Below, piece after piece: positions 18,946 through 28,177 of a stretch of DNA of 64,000 nt. This DNA is from Candidatus Krumholzibacteriia bacterium (GTDB lineage Bacteria > Krumholzibacteriota > Krumholzibacteriia > JAJRXK01), in contig JBGPIA010000002.1 of assembly GCA_041484665.1 (NCBI GenBank), positions 256,001 to 320,000 of the forward strand, read 5' to 3'. Position 1 is the stretch's first letter, and every line of letters starts with the position of its first letter. The position numbers and the translations under genes were made by a program. The notes beneath the pieces were generated by a model. That model did no database searches. It had not been told where the DNA came from and saw only the letters and a program-made list of their open reading frames with translations.

Positions 18946-20240
18946 TGCCGCGCACCTCCCATGACCCAGCCCGACCACAGGCCGCCCAGCCAAGCGTCCG
19001 TCTCGTCCGCGGAGGCGCCGCCACCGCCCCGCGGGCCGCCGCGAATCAGCCCCTGCAGCGGAGCCGTCCACTGCTCCACGCGCGCGAAGCGCAGCGCAGC
19101 CGCCACGTACATCCGGTCGGGGCCAGCGCCTCCAAACCCGTGCCGCCACCAGAGCGACAACGGTTGAGGCGCCAGCGGGGCCCAGCGGCGGGCTTGCCGC
19201 AACCGTCGCCAGAGCGGGGCGCGCCGCAGCCAGCGCGCCGTTCGCAGCGCGTCCGCGCTGCACGGGGCGCCCAGTGCGACCGCCGCGGCCAGCCGCGGGG
19301 CCGCCGCGCCCGGCCGCTCGCTTGAATCGCCGCGCGCGCCGTCCGCCAGACAACGCTCCATGGTGGCTCGATAGAAGGGCCAAGTCCATCGGATCAACTC
19401 TGCGCGGGCCTGATGGGAGCCGGGAGCGTCACCGCCCTGCGGGTCACGGCCCGGCCCTGCCATCGCCGGCGGCAACGTAAGCAGCAACGGCAGCGTAAGC
19501 GGGCCTTCTCGCATGGCCGCCAGCATCTGGAGCGCGACCCGCGAGCCGTCGCGTAACCACGCCGCGGCCTCGCCCGTCAGCCCCGCGGCCGCCTCCTCCA
19601 GCGCGCGCAACTGCGCGTTGCGGTCCGCGACGTAGCGGCCGTGGGCGGCGAGCCAGGCCAGGGGGGCGTCCATCCACATCTTCCATGCATGGAACAGCCC
19701 CCAGGGATCGGGCGGCTGCAGCCGCGCCCGGGCGCCCGCCAACAAGTGCTCGGCGAATCGATTGTGCAGCAGGCACAACGCGTCGTCAGGATCGAGCGCG
19801 GCCGTTCCGCCGGCAGGCGGCGCGGGCCGCGACCAGCGGGTGTGCGCCTCCCACAGAACGGCGTGCGCGCTGGCAAGCTGGAAGGCGGGCAGGGTCCGCC
19901 CCAGCCGCAAGAAGCCGTCGGGCGCGACGGCGCCCAGGTCGAGCGGGGCGAGCAGGAAGGGATCGCCGGCGACCGCCCGGCGGGCCGCGGCCAGGATCTC
20001 GCCCCGGCGCGCCAGCGCGCCGGGCTCCAGCACAGCATAGAGGTCGATGTCGCTGAGCAGCCGCGGGCCAGCAGGGGTGCCCAGAACCGTACCCTCGCCG
20101 CGGGCGAGGCTCCCGCCGAGTACGACCGCCACCAGGGCGTTGCCGCCCGCAGCGCGCAGCGCGCCCACGAGCGCATCCAGCCGAGCCGACACCGCGGTAT
20201 CCGCGTCCGCCGCGGCGTGCACCCAACGACCTCCGCTCAC
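18942..20240 (-). CDS. Pol-beta-like nucleotidyltransferase domain protein
   Basis: LGGSLARGEG...SDIDL (hG[GS]...hDhD) plus helical C-terminal region. Confidence 0.7.
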   Translation of the reverse strand: MSGGRWVHAAADADTAVSARLDALVGALRAAGGNALVAVVLGGSLARGEGTVLGTPAGPRLLSDIDLYAVLEPGALARRGEILAAARRAVAGDPFLLAPLDLGAVAPDGFLRLGRTLPAFQLASAHAVLWEAHTRWSRPAPPAGGTAALDPDDALCLLHNRFAEHLLAGARARLQPPDPWGLFHAWKMWMDAPLAWLAAHGRYVADRNAQLRALEEAAAGLTGEAAAWLRDGSRVALQMLAAMREGPLTLPLLLTLPPAMAGPGRDPQGGDAPGSHQARAELIRWTWPFYRATMERCLADGARGDSSERPGAAAPRLAAAVALGAPCSADALRTARWLRRAPLWRRLRQARRWAPLAPQPLSLWWRHGFGGAGPDRMYVAAALRFARVEQWTAPLQGLIRGGPRGGGGASADETDAWLGGLWSGWVMGGARQ

Positions 20241-20297
20241 CGCTTCCCCCGTCGTGCGCCCGGCCTGCTGCCGCGCCGTCGTGTCCGGATTTCCGCG

Positions 20298-21125
20298 CTA
20301 GAGCCGCTTGTAGATCGACTCGGGGATGGGGAACTTGCGGCGGTTGAGCACCGTCCCGATCACCGTGCCTCCACTGAAGCGGATCAGCTTCTCGGCCTTG
20401 CCCAGGACCTCGCGCTTGGTCTTGTGGGCGCGGACGACCAAGACCACGCCGTCGGTCGTGGCGGCGAGCATGGATGTCTCGGCGTTGCCGAGCACAGCGC
20501 CCGCGTCGAAGAGGACGTAATCGAAGCGCTGCGTGAGCTCCGCGGCCAGGTTGCGCGCCCGGTCGTGGCTGAGCACCAGCGACGGATTGTAGATGTCCGT
20601 CCCCAATCCCATCACGTAGAGGTTGGGCGAGTCGGTGCGGCAAAGCACCTCGGCGAGCTCCGCGCGCGACGTGCAGTAGTCGGAGAGCCCCGGACGACCC
20701 AGCAGCCCGAACACGCGGGTGGTCTTGGGCGACCGGAAGTTCGCGTCGATCAGGACGGTCTTCTTGCTGTCACGCACGGCCAGGCTGGTGGCCAGGTAGA
20801 TGCACAAGGTCGTCACGCCCTCCCCCGAAGTCGCGCTGGTCAGGACCAGCGCGCGGCGCGGCTTGGGCACGGCCGACTCCACCCCCTGGCGGAACAACGC
20901 CAGCTCCTGCGTGAAGTCGACGGGGACCTCGATGGTAGGCGCTTGGGGCGACTCCACGAGCTTCAGCTCGCGCGCGGGCGGCGGCGCGGCGGCGGCGCCG
21001 GGCTCGGGCGGGCGCGGCGGCGGCTCGGCCCCAGGCGCGGGCGCCGCAACGGGCCGATGCCCCTCCTGCTCGCGGGCGATGCGCTCGCGCTCGGCTCGTC
21101 GCAGTGCATCGCGAATGCTGCTCAT
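20298..21125 (-). CDS. CpsD/CapB-family BY-kinase-like protein with degenerate Walker A
   Basis: MSSIRDALRRAE start, TSATSGEGVTT, LIDANFR, FDYVLFD, DGVVLVV, GTVLN. Confidence 0.85.
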   Translation of the reverse strand: MSSIRDALRRAERERIAREQEGHRPVAAPAPGAEPPPRPPEPGAAAAPPPARELKLVESPQAPTIEVPVDFTQELALFRQGVESAVPKPRRALVLTSATSGEGVTTLCIYLATSLAVRDSKKTVLIDANFRSPKTTRVFGLLGRPGLSDYCTSRAELAEVLCRTDSPNLYVMGLGTDIYNPSLVLSHDRARNLAAELTQRFDYVLFDAGAVLGNAETSMLAATTDGVVLVVRAHKTKREVLGKAEKLIRFSGGTVIGTVLNRRKFPIPESIYKRL

Positions 21126-22753
21126 CCCTGCACTCCTGAGCTCGCGCTCTGCCCCGCTCCCCCCATCGAGCCAGCCCCCGGGATCAGGTCGCGGGCTTCC
21201 GGTGACAGCGGCGATAGCTGCGTCCAGCCGAACCCGCGCTGCTTGAGGACCTGGATCCAGCCGCGCGCCTGGTCCGGCTCCTGGAATCCGCCCGCCAGCA
21301 CCCGGTACCACTGCGGGTGCGCGCCGGTCAGCTCCACGTATAGAGGCTCCGACCAGGGCCCGCCCGCCGCCAGATGGTCGGCGAAAGCCTGCGCCTCCGC
21401 CAGGCTCTGGAAGCTCCCCACATGCACGGAATAGACCAGCTGCCCCTGCTGCCGCCACTGATCGACGAGCGTTCGACGCTGGGCGGCCTCCTGAGGCTCG
21501 GCCGAAGCGACGGAACCGGGCGGGTCCGCCAAGGCAAGCGTCCCTGGCAAGGGCGACGGATTCGATCCGGACGGGATCGGCGCCGGTTGCGCCGCTGGCT
21601 CAGGTTCCGGCCGCGCCTGGGGCACCAGGAGCGCGCTGACCTGCGCCACGCGGGCGTGTTCGCGGGCGGCGGTCGAGTCCGTGGGGGCCGCCGAGTCCGC
21701 GGAGCTGGGCGTGCCGGCCCACGGCCAGCGCAGTTCCCCGAGCAGGCTGCGCACCCGCGGCTGCGAGAGCGCATAGACCGCTCCCGCCGTGAGCAGCACG
21801 ACCCCCGCCAGCGCCAGGGCCCAGCGGCGGCGGCCGTGCGGCGCGCGCTCTCCCGGCGGGAAGCGCTCGTCCCACAACGCGGGCGGCGCAGGCAGCGAGG
21901 TGTCCTGGGGCTTGGGGCGGCGCGCTGAAGCATGGCGTTGCCGGGGAGCCAGGTGCAGCTCACGCGCGGCCTCGGCCACGTGCTCCTCGCGCACGGTGCG
22001 GCTGTCGCGGCCGTAGGCGATCAGCAGCGCCGTATCGCAGATCTGGTTGATCACCCGCGGCACGCCGCGCGACCAGGCGTGCACGCGGGCGCAGACATCG
22101 GCGGCGATGATCTCCTTGGGACGCATGGCTCCCGCCAGGCGCAGGCGGTGCAGGATGTAGTCCTCGGCCTCGTCCTCGCGCAACGGACGGATCTCGTGCC
22201 AGATGCCCACGCGCTGGCGCAGCTGCACCAGGCGCGGATCCATCAGGCGCTGGTACAGCTCCGGCTGCCCCACCAGCACGATCTGCATCAGGAAGGCGTG
22301 ATCGGTCTGGAGATTGCTGAGCGTGCGCACGCGCTCCAAAACCTCCACCGAGAGGTTCTGGGCTTCGTCGATCAAGAGGACACAGGTCTCGCCCTTGGCC
22401 AGCCGCTCGATGAGAAAGCTCTGCAGATCCTGCAGCAGCTCGACCTCGTCTTTGGCCGCGGTCGGCAGACCGAACTCGTGGCAGATCATGCGCAGGAGCT
22501 GGTGGTAGGTGTCGACCGGATTGAAGATGAGCGCCGTGCGGACCTTGGCGTCGAGCTCCTCCAGCACGCTCAAGAGCACCGTGGTCTTGCCCAGGCCCAC
22601 GCCCCCGCTGACCACCACGAACCCACGCCCTTCGCGGATTCCGTAGAGGATGCGCGCCCGGCTCTCGTCGTGGGTCTCCGAAGCGTAGAGGAACTTCGGA
22701 TTCGGGACGATCCGGAATGGCTGGGTGTGCAGACCAAAGTGGTGTCGGTACAT
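21122..22753 (-). CDS. ExeA/GspA-family AAA ATPase with TM segment and C-terminal SPOR domain
   Basis: MYRHHFGL..PF, GGVGLGKTT, LIDEAQ, LVGQPEL, SRGVPRVIN; SPOR-like YSVHVGSF...WYRVLAG. Confidence 0.9.
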   Translation of the reverse strand: MYRHHFGLHTQPFRIVPNPKFLYASETHDESRARILYGIREGRGFVVVSGGVGLGKTTVLLSVLEELDAKVRTALIFNPVDTYHQLLRMICHEFGLPTAAKDEVELLQDLQSFLIERLAKGETCVLLIDEAQNLSVEVLERVRTLSNLQTDHAFLMQIVLVGQPELYQRLMDPRLVQLRQRVGIWHEIRPLREDEAEDYILHRLRLAGAMRPKEIIAADVCARVHAWSRGVPRVINQICDTALLIAYGRDSRTVREEHVAEAARELHLAPRQRHASARRPKPQDTSLPAPPALWDERFPPGERAPHGRRRWALALAGVVLLTAGAVYALSQPRVRSLLGELRWPWAGTPSSADSAAPTDSTAAREHARVAQVSALLVPQARPEPEPAAQPAPIPSGSNPSPLPGTLALADPPGSVASAEPQEAAQRRTLVDQWRQQGQLVYSVHVGSFQSLAEAQAFADHLAAGGPWSEPLYVELTGAHPQWYRVLAGGFQEPDQARGWIQVLKQRGFGWTQLSPLSPEARDLIPGAGSMGGAGQSASSGVQG

Positions 22754-22805
22754 GGGCGGACTCCCGGTGCCCAGGCCGCGCGGGCCAGGGCGCCCCTGCG
22801 TCCGG

Positions 22806-24242
22806 TCAGCCGGCCTTGCCTCTGCTGAAGGGCAGTCGCTTGGCCTTCTGGTCGAGGTTCGAGTCGGTCACGTCCACGTCGGGGAAGCTGGCCAGGACGG
22901 GGATCTCCAGATGACGCTCCACGTCCTCGCGCGTCTCGAGCGAGTGATCGAGGTTTTCCAGGTAGAAGGCCAGACCGATGCCCGCCATCAGGGCCAGCAG
23001 CGGTCCCAGCGCGATGCGCACCAGATCGCCTTTCTTGTTCTTCTGCGCGTCGACGGCGGGCGAGAGCAGCTTGACACCGTAGTCCTCGTAGCTGACGGAC
23101 TTGATCTTCGAGTCGGAGGCCTGCTCGTTGAGGCTGCCGTACTGCTTCGAGGCCGAGCCGATCTGGGTGTCGAGCATCTCCAGGTCGCGCACCAACCCCG
23201 GCAGCCGGGCCAGACGCTCCTCGAGGCCGCTCTGCTGTTTCTGCAGCGCGGCTTCCTCGCCGTGCGCGACGTCGAGCTCGTGCTCCTTGACCGCGATTAC
23301 GTCCCGCACCGACGACGCCAGCTGCGCGCGTAGCTGGGCGGCCTCCAGCTCCACCTCCTGGACCTGCGGGTGATGCTCGGTGTACTTGCTTCGCAGCTCC
23401 TCCAGCTGCATCGACTTCAGGCGCAACGCCTGCACAGCGTTGGCGACCGACTGTCCCTGCGCCGAGCCCATGGCCTCGTAGAACGGCAGGACCGTTTCGT
23501 CGCTGCCGAGCCTGCGCGCGGCCGCCAGCTCGGTCTCCAGGCGTGACCGGCGAACCACGATGCCGGCTAAGGACGACTGCACCTCCGACTTCACTCGGAT
23601 GAGGTTGTTCTGCTCCTGATTGATGTCGGTGAGGCCGATGCCGCTCAAGAGGGTCTTGCGCTGATTCTGCAGATTCTGCAGTGCGGCCAGCGTCGAATCG
23701 GCCTGGTGCTTGATGAAGGCGCTGGGGTCGGGGAGCTTGAACAGCTCCAGGTGGTACTCGATGTAGGCGTCGGCAACGGCATTGGCCATGCGCAAGGCGT
23801 TCTCAGGCTTGCGCGCCTTGGCTGTGACGAAGATGATGTTGCTTTCGCCGATCATCCCGGCCTTGACGTTGGTGGACAAGACGCCCAGCCCGTAGCCCAG
23901 CCCCTTGGGGTGGTCGGGTGTGGGCGCGTTCAGCTTCGCCAGCGCCCGCGCCAGGACCGGGACGCTGCGCACCACCTCCACCTCGGACTCGATGACTTCC
24001 TTCCACGGCAGCGCGCTGCCGCCGTTCTGCAGGACGCTCTCGCGGCCCTTGCGGTTGAGCATCACGGTCGCATCGGCGCTGAAGGTGACCGGCGTGTTGA
24101 AGATCTTGAACGCCGTGATAGCCGAAGCGACCAGGAAGATCCCCACGATCAGCCACTTGCGCTTGAACACCACCGCCAGCAGGTCGCGGATGGTCGTGTC
24201 GCGCTCGACAGGTGTGGGGCCTTGGGTGTACAGACCGGACAT
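22806..24242 (-). CDS. GumC/Wzz polysaccharide co-polymerase
   Basis: Two TM flanking coiled coils, YTEHHPQV, DVERHLEIPVLAS. Confidence 0.9.
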   Translation of the reverse strand: MSGLYTQGPTPVERDTTIRDLLAVVFKRKWLIVGIFLVASAITAFKIFNTPVTFSADATVMLNRKGRESVLQNGGSALPWKEVIESEVEVVRSVPVLARALAKLNAPTPDHPKGLGYGLGVLSTNVKAGMIGESNIIFVTAKARKPENALRMANAVADAYIEYHLELFKLPDPSAFIKHQADSTLAALQNLQNQRKTLLSGIGLTDINQEQNNLIRVKSEVQSSLAGIVVRRSRLETELAAARRLGSDETVLPFYEAMGSAQGQSVANAVQALRLKSMQLEELRSKYTEHHPQVQEVELEAAQLRAQLASSVRDVIAVKEHELDVAHGEEAALQKQQSGLEERLARLPGLVRDLEMLDTQIGSASKQYGSLNEQASDSKIKSVSYEDYGVKLLSPAVDAQKNKKGDLVRIALGPLLALMAGIGLAFYLENLDHSLETREDVERHLEIPVLASFPDVDVTDSNLDQKAKRLPFSRGKAG

Positions 24243-24272
24243 GAACGATCTCCTTGCCGGGAGTGCGCGGGG

Positions 24273-25094
24273 CTAGGGGGCCTGGTAGCGGTTCTTGTAG
24301 ACGTTGTTGAAGTCGATCAAGCCGTATCCCCTGATCAGGACGTCCTGTGCCTCGAGCATATGGATAAACGTCTTGCGCGCGACGTTGTCCCACCGGCTCA
24401 GTTTGTCCTTGGGCACCCACACGATGTCGTAGGGCAACACCTCGACGTCACCCCGCTTCTTGGGGTCGGCGATGTACTGCCGGAAGTCGAGGATCGCGGC
24501 TACGCCTCCCCCATCGGGGCGGCGGCGGATGAGCACGAAATTGGTGAGCTGCGCGGTATCGGTGAAACCGCCGGCGCGCGCCACGGCCTGCAGCAAGCTC
24601 AGCCGCCGCTCGTAGGCGTACTCGCCGGGGTTGCGCACCTCACCCAGCAGATAGAAGCGCCCGCCGAGCTGATTGACGATCACGTCCACGCGGGGCTGGA
24701 TGAGCACTTCGGTGTAGCCCTTCTGGATCTCCTGCGCCAGGTCGGTGGTCGTCTTGCCCTGGGCGACCAACTCGCCCAGATAGGGCAGCGTGATGCGTCC
24801 GTCAGGGCGGACCTTCACGAAGCGGTTCTGCTCCGGGTGCGAGAAGAGCACGATCTCCAGCTCGTCACCGTCGGTGATGCGGTAGGACTGTGTGCTGTCC
24901 GACGGCAGGCTCGCGGTCGTCCCTGCGGCGATGGTGCTGGCGAGCGGATCGTCGCCCGGCGTCGCGTTCCCGGTGACCTGGCCTCGATTGAGGTCCACGT
25001 CCTTGTAGGGAGCGCCGCAGCCGGCGGCCAGGGCGAGGGCCGTCAGGGCGACGAGCGATATGGCGCACCGGTGCGCGCGTCGGACGTTCGACAT
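24273..25094 (-). CDS. wza: Wza/OPX polysaccharide export lipoprotein
   Basis: LAAGC lipobox, VRPDGRITLPYLG, SLBB GEVRNPG...AGGF. Confidence 0.9.
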   Translation of the reverse strand: MSNVRRAHRCAISLVALTALALAAGCGAPYKDVDLNRGQVTGNATPGDDPLASTIAAGTTASLPSDSTQSYRITDGDELEIVLFSHPEQNRFVKVRPDGRITLPYLGELVAQGKTTTDLAQEIQKGYTEVLIQPRVDVIVNQLGGRFYLLGEVRNPGEYAYERRLSLLQAVARAGGFTDTAQLTNFVLIRRRPDGGGVAAILDFRQYIADPKKRGDVEVLPYDIVWVPKDKLSRWDNVARKTFIHMLEAQDVLIRGYGLIDFNNVYKNRYQAP

Positions 25095-25177
25095 GGTTCC
25101 ACTCCGTTCCCTCCACGGCCTCTATCGGGGCCGTGGCGAGACCTCGGGTACTGCAACCCATGAGCTTCTTGCCAAAC

Positions 25178-25193
25178 AGCAAGCGACGCGCCA
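25178..25193 (-). promoter_or_regulatory. Sigma-54 (-24/-12) promoter of the wza operon
   Basis: TGGCGCGTCGCTTGCT = GG-N10-GC, about 85 nt upstream of the wza ATG. Confidence 0.75.
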
Positions 25194-25622
25194 CCGGCCT
25201 GCAGCCCGGAGGTCCCTCTCGGAAGCACGTGCCCGCGCGCGCTTCACAGCGCCGTAGGTTGTGAAGGTCCCCCCAGAATCACTCGCCCCACCACACCGGG
25301 TAGGGCGGATCGTTAGCCAGCGTTGCTGTCGATCCTCCGCTGCGAGGCACGGTTCTGGAGCGCACAAGCGCGCCGGGAAGGGGCCGGCAAGATGCGGGAG
25401 CCGGCTTCCCGAAGGTTCGGCCCAGCTTCTTCAGTCCCAAGAGTCTAGCATCGTTGTGGCGCTGTGGACAAGTGCCGGCCGGGGAGGCCGGCCGGGGAGG
25501 CCGGGGAGGTGGGGTCTGGCCCTCGTCGCCGCAGAACAGCCGCTGCGTACGGTACTCCCGGCCGCGCTCCGCAGGTGCATCACAGCGCGCGAGGCGATCA
25601 CCGCCTGCGCCAGCGAGCTGGG

Positions 25623-26372
25623 TCAGCGAGCGGAGGACCCCGCCAGCAGCGCCAGGGCGATGCCCAGGCCGGCTCCCACTACCGTATTGAGGAAGTTCAT
25701 CGCCTCGTTTCCGATTCGCTGCCGCCTCCCCCAGACCGCTCCGACGTAGCTCTCAGCCAGCGCGCCGCCGAAGGCCGCGACCACCGGCACCCACAAGAGC
25801 GCCGCGGGCACCAAGCCCAGCACGCAGCCGAAGAACGCGAGCACCAACGATCCCAGCACCCCAGCCAGCGTCCCCTCCACCGAGACAGCACCCTCCGTCC
25901 CCGGAGGCACCGCACGCAGCGTCGTGGGCAGGATGGGATGCTTGCCGTAGAGCTGCCCGATCTCGCTGCCAAGCGTGTCGCTGGTGGCCGTGGCGAACGC
26001 GCTCACCAGCCCCACCGCCCACACCGGCGCGCTCGTGAATGGCAACAACGTCGCCAGCGCCATCCCGGTGGCGCAGTTGGCCGCGGCGTGGCGGCTCCCG
26101 CGACGGCCGCCCTCCTCCTGCGCGATCCCGGCGGCGGCTTTGCGGGAGTAGCCCAGCCGCGTCGCCCCCGTGCCGAGCAGGAAGAACGCGAGCAGCAGCG
26201 CCCACGACGCCAGACCACCGAACCACAGGATCCACGTGCCGACCACGACGCCCCCCGCGAAGCCGCTGCGGCTCACCGCGCCGCGGGCCAGGGCCACGCC
26301 CCCCAGCGCGAGGTTCGCCGCCACCGCCAGCAGCAGAACGGGAGCCGACAGATGCGGCCGGAGCCACTCCAC
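25623..26372 (-). CDS. DUF92 / TMEM19 membrane protein (VTE6-like)
   Basis: IAQEEGGRRG...AN, ATSDTLGSEIG, VPPGTEGAVSVEGT, ESYVGA, NEAMNFLNT. Confidence 0.9.
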   Translation of the reverse strand: MEWLRPHLSAPVLLLAVAANLALGGVALARGAVSRSGFAGGVVVGTWILWFGGLASWALLLAFFLLGTGATRLGYSRKAAAGIAQEEGGRRGSRHAAANCATGMALATLLPFTSAPVWAVGLVSAFATATSDTLGSEIGQLYGKHPILPTTLRAVPPGTEGAVSVEGTLAGVLGSLVLAFFGCVLGLVPAALLWVPVVAAFGGALAESYVGAVWGRRQRIGNEAMNFLNTVVGAGLGIALALLAGSSAR

Positions 26373-26375
26373 GCT

Positions 26376-27482
26376 TCAGCCTCCCACCGCACCGCGTGCC
26401 GCGTCGCCCGCCTCGCCCGCCGTCGCGGAACCCCGGCCGCCGGCGCCCTCCCGCGCCAGCCAGTCCAGGGTGAGTCGCAGCCCTTCGCGCAGGCCACGCC
26501 CCTGGTAACCCAGCTCGGCGCGCGCCCGCGCGTCGTCGCACGCCCAGTGGTGGGCATAGGTGCGCACCATGCCAGGCGTGAGCTGCGGCGGGACGTGCAG
26601 CAGCTCGGCGCGCAGTTGTTGCGCTGCGGCCAGGGCTGACAGCACCCACAACGGGATGCGCCGGCGCAGCCGCGGCCGGCCGGCCAGATCGCACGCCAGG
26701 TCGAGGAATCCGCGCAGCGTGGCGTTCTCGCCGCCCAGCAGGTAGGATGCGCCCCGCGCCCCGTGCGCCAGCGCCAGGCAGTGGCCGCGCGCGACGTCCT
26801 CTACGTATGCGTAGTTCCACACCTGCTCGCCGTTGCCGATCAACCCGGGCAGCCGCCCGCGTAACAGATCCTCGAGGATGCGGGCGACGTGGTTGCCCTC
26901 CGTGCGCTCCCCGGGACCGTAGATCACCGTCGGTAAACAGCTCACCACATCGAGCCCCTCTTCCGCGTGACGCCGCACCACGTCCGCCGCCCGGAGCTTC
27001 GTGCGGTCGTAGTCGTTGAACCACAGGCCGGGCGAGCGCGCCCCTTCGTCGTGGGGCAAGGGCCCCTGCGAGGGCCCCAGCACGAAGAAGCTCGACGTGT
27101 AGACCACGCGCGACACACCCGCCAGGCGGCATTCCCGCAGCAACACATCGAGGGCCTCGACGTTGACACGATCGAAGCGCGTGCGATCGCGCTCCCAGTT
27201 CTTCACGATGCCCGCGGTGTGCACGACGGCGCGCACCTGCGCCAGCACCGGGCGCCAGGTCGCCGGGTCGAGCAGGTCCCCCTCCTGCCAGCGCAGCGCG
27301 AGCGTGGGCAAGCCCTGGCGTCGGGCGCCACGGCGTGCCAGCAGCGTGACGCGGTAGCCCGCCTCTACCAGCTCGTGCGCCAGCGCCTTGCCCAGGTATC
27401 CCGTCCCGCCGGTGAGCAGCACCGGATCGCCCGGCGAGAGCATCGCCACGTCGCCGGAGGCCGGCTGCGCCGGGGTGCTCAT
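26376..27482 (-). CDS. Extended SDR, HpnA / farnesol-dehydrogenase-like
   Basis: TGGTGYLG, VYTSS, YDRTK, PTVIYGPG, VEDVARGH, YLLGGEN. Confidence 0.85.
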   Translation of the reverse strand: MSTPAQPASGDVAMLSPGDPVLLTGGTGYLGKALAHELVEAGYRVTLLARRGARRQGLPTLALRWQEGDLLDPATWRPVLAQVRAVVHTAGIVKNWERDRTRFDRVNVEALDVLLRECRLAGVSRVVYTSSFFVLGPSQGPLPHDEGARSPGLWFNDYDRTKLRAADVVRRHAEEGLDVVSCLPTVIYGPGERTEGNHVARILEDLLRGRLPGLIGNGEQVWNYAYVEDVARGHCLALAHGARGASYLLGGENATLRGFLDLACDLAGRPRLRRRIPLWVLSALAAAQQLRAELLHVPPQLTPGMVRTYAHHWACDDARARAELGYQGRGLREGLRLTLDWLAREGAGGRGSATAGEAGDAARGAVGG

Positions 27483-28177
27483 GCCCACAGGCGGCCGCGC
27501 AGTGCCGCCAGCGTCAGCGCAGTTGCGACGGGGACGAGCAGGTTGTCGACGCCGTAGAGCGAGACCGCTTCGGCGAGCGTCGCAACCAGCGCCGCCGCCG
27601 CGGCGGCCAGCAGCAGCCCGCCGCTCAGAGCGGATGACGCGAGCCCTCCCTCGGGGACGCGCCCCAAGAGCGCGAACGCCAGCAGGATCGACAGCCACCC
27701 CACTGCCGCCATGGCCACGCTGCCCTCCAGCGTCCGCGGGTGGCCGGCGACGCGGTACGTGCGCCGCCCGAATCGCCGCCCCACGAGCGACGCCGCCGCG
27801 TCACCGTAGGCCATCACCAGCACCCCGGCCGCGCCGACGGCGCGCCAGCCAGGCTCCCAGCAGGTGGCCAGCAGCAGCGCCACGCTCAACGGATAGAGCA
27901 CCGTACCGACGCTGTGCTCCTCCCCCTCCATGCTGGCGATCCAGCCGAAGCGGTGGCTGAGCGCGTTGACCGCTGTGAACCCCAGCGCCAACGCCGCGGG
28001 CCATCGCCACGTGCTGAAGAGCAGGTAGCTCGGCACGATCCAGCTGCCGATGCCCACGTGCACGATCTTGCGCGTCACCTGCCGCGCCAGGCCGCGGCGA
28101 CGGGCCAGCTCGGCCACCAGGATCACCGCTGCGACCCACGCGGCCGACAGCAACACGCCGCACAGGTCACGGCTCAC
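27479..28177 (-). CDS. CTP-dependent polyprenol kinase (phytol/farnesol/dolichol kinase, SEC59/VTE5 family)
   Basis: RKIVHVGIG, AYGDAAASLVGRRFG, RTLEGS, DNLLVP; GTG 28177 with GGAGGGAG SD. Confidence 0.85.
   Translation of the reverse strand: MSRDLCGVLLSAAWVAAVILVAELARRRGLARQVTRKIVHVGIGSWIVPSYLLFSTWRWPAALALGFTAVNALSHRFGWIASMEGEEHSVGTVLYPLSVALLLATCWEPGWRAVGAAGVLVMAYGDAAASLVGRRFGRRTYRVAGHPRTLEGSVAMAAVGWLSILLAFALLGRVPEGGLASSALSGGLLLAAAAAALVATLAEAVSLYGVDNLLVPVATALTLAALRGRLWA

Noticed and set aside
18942..20240. CBASS or MNT-HEPN toxin-antitoxin defence system
   Set aside because: No effector, Cap or toxin gene adjacent; context is glycan biosynthesis
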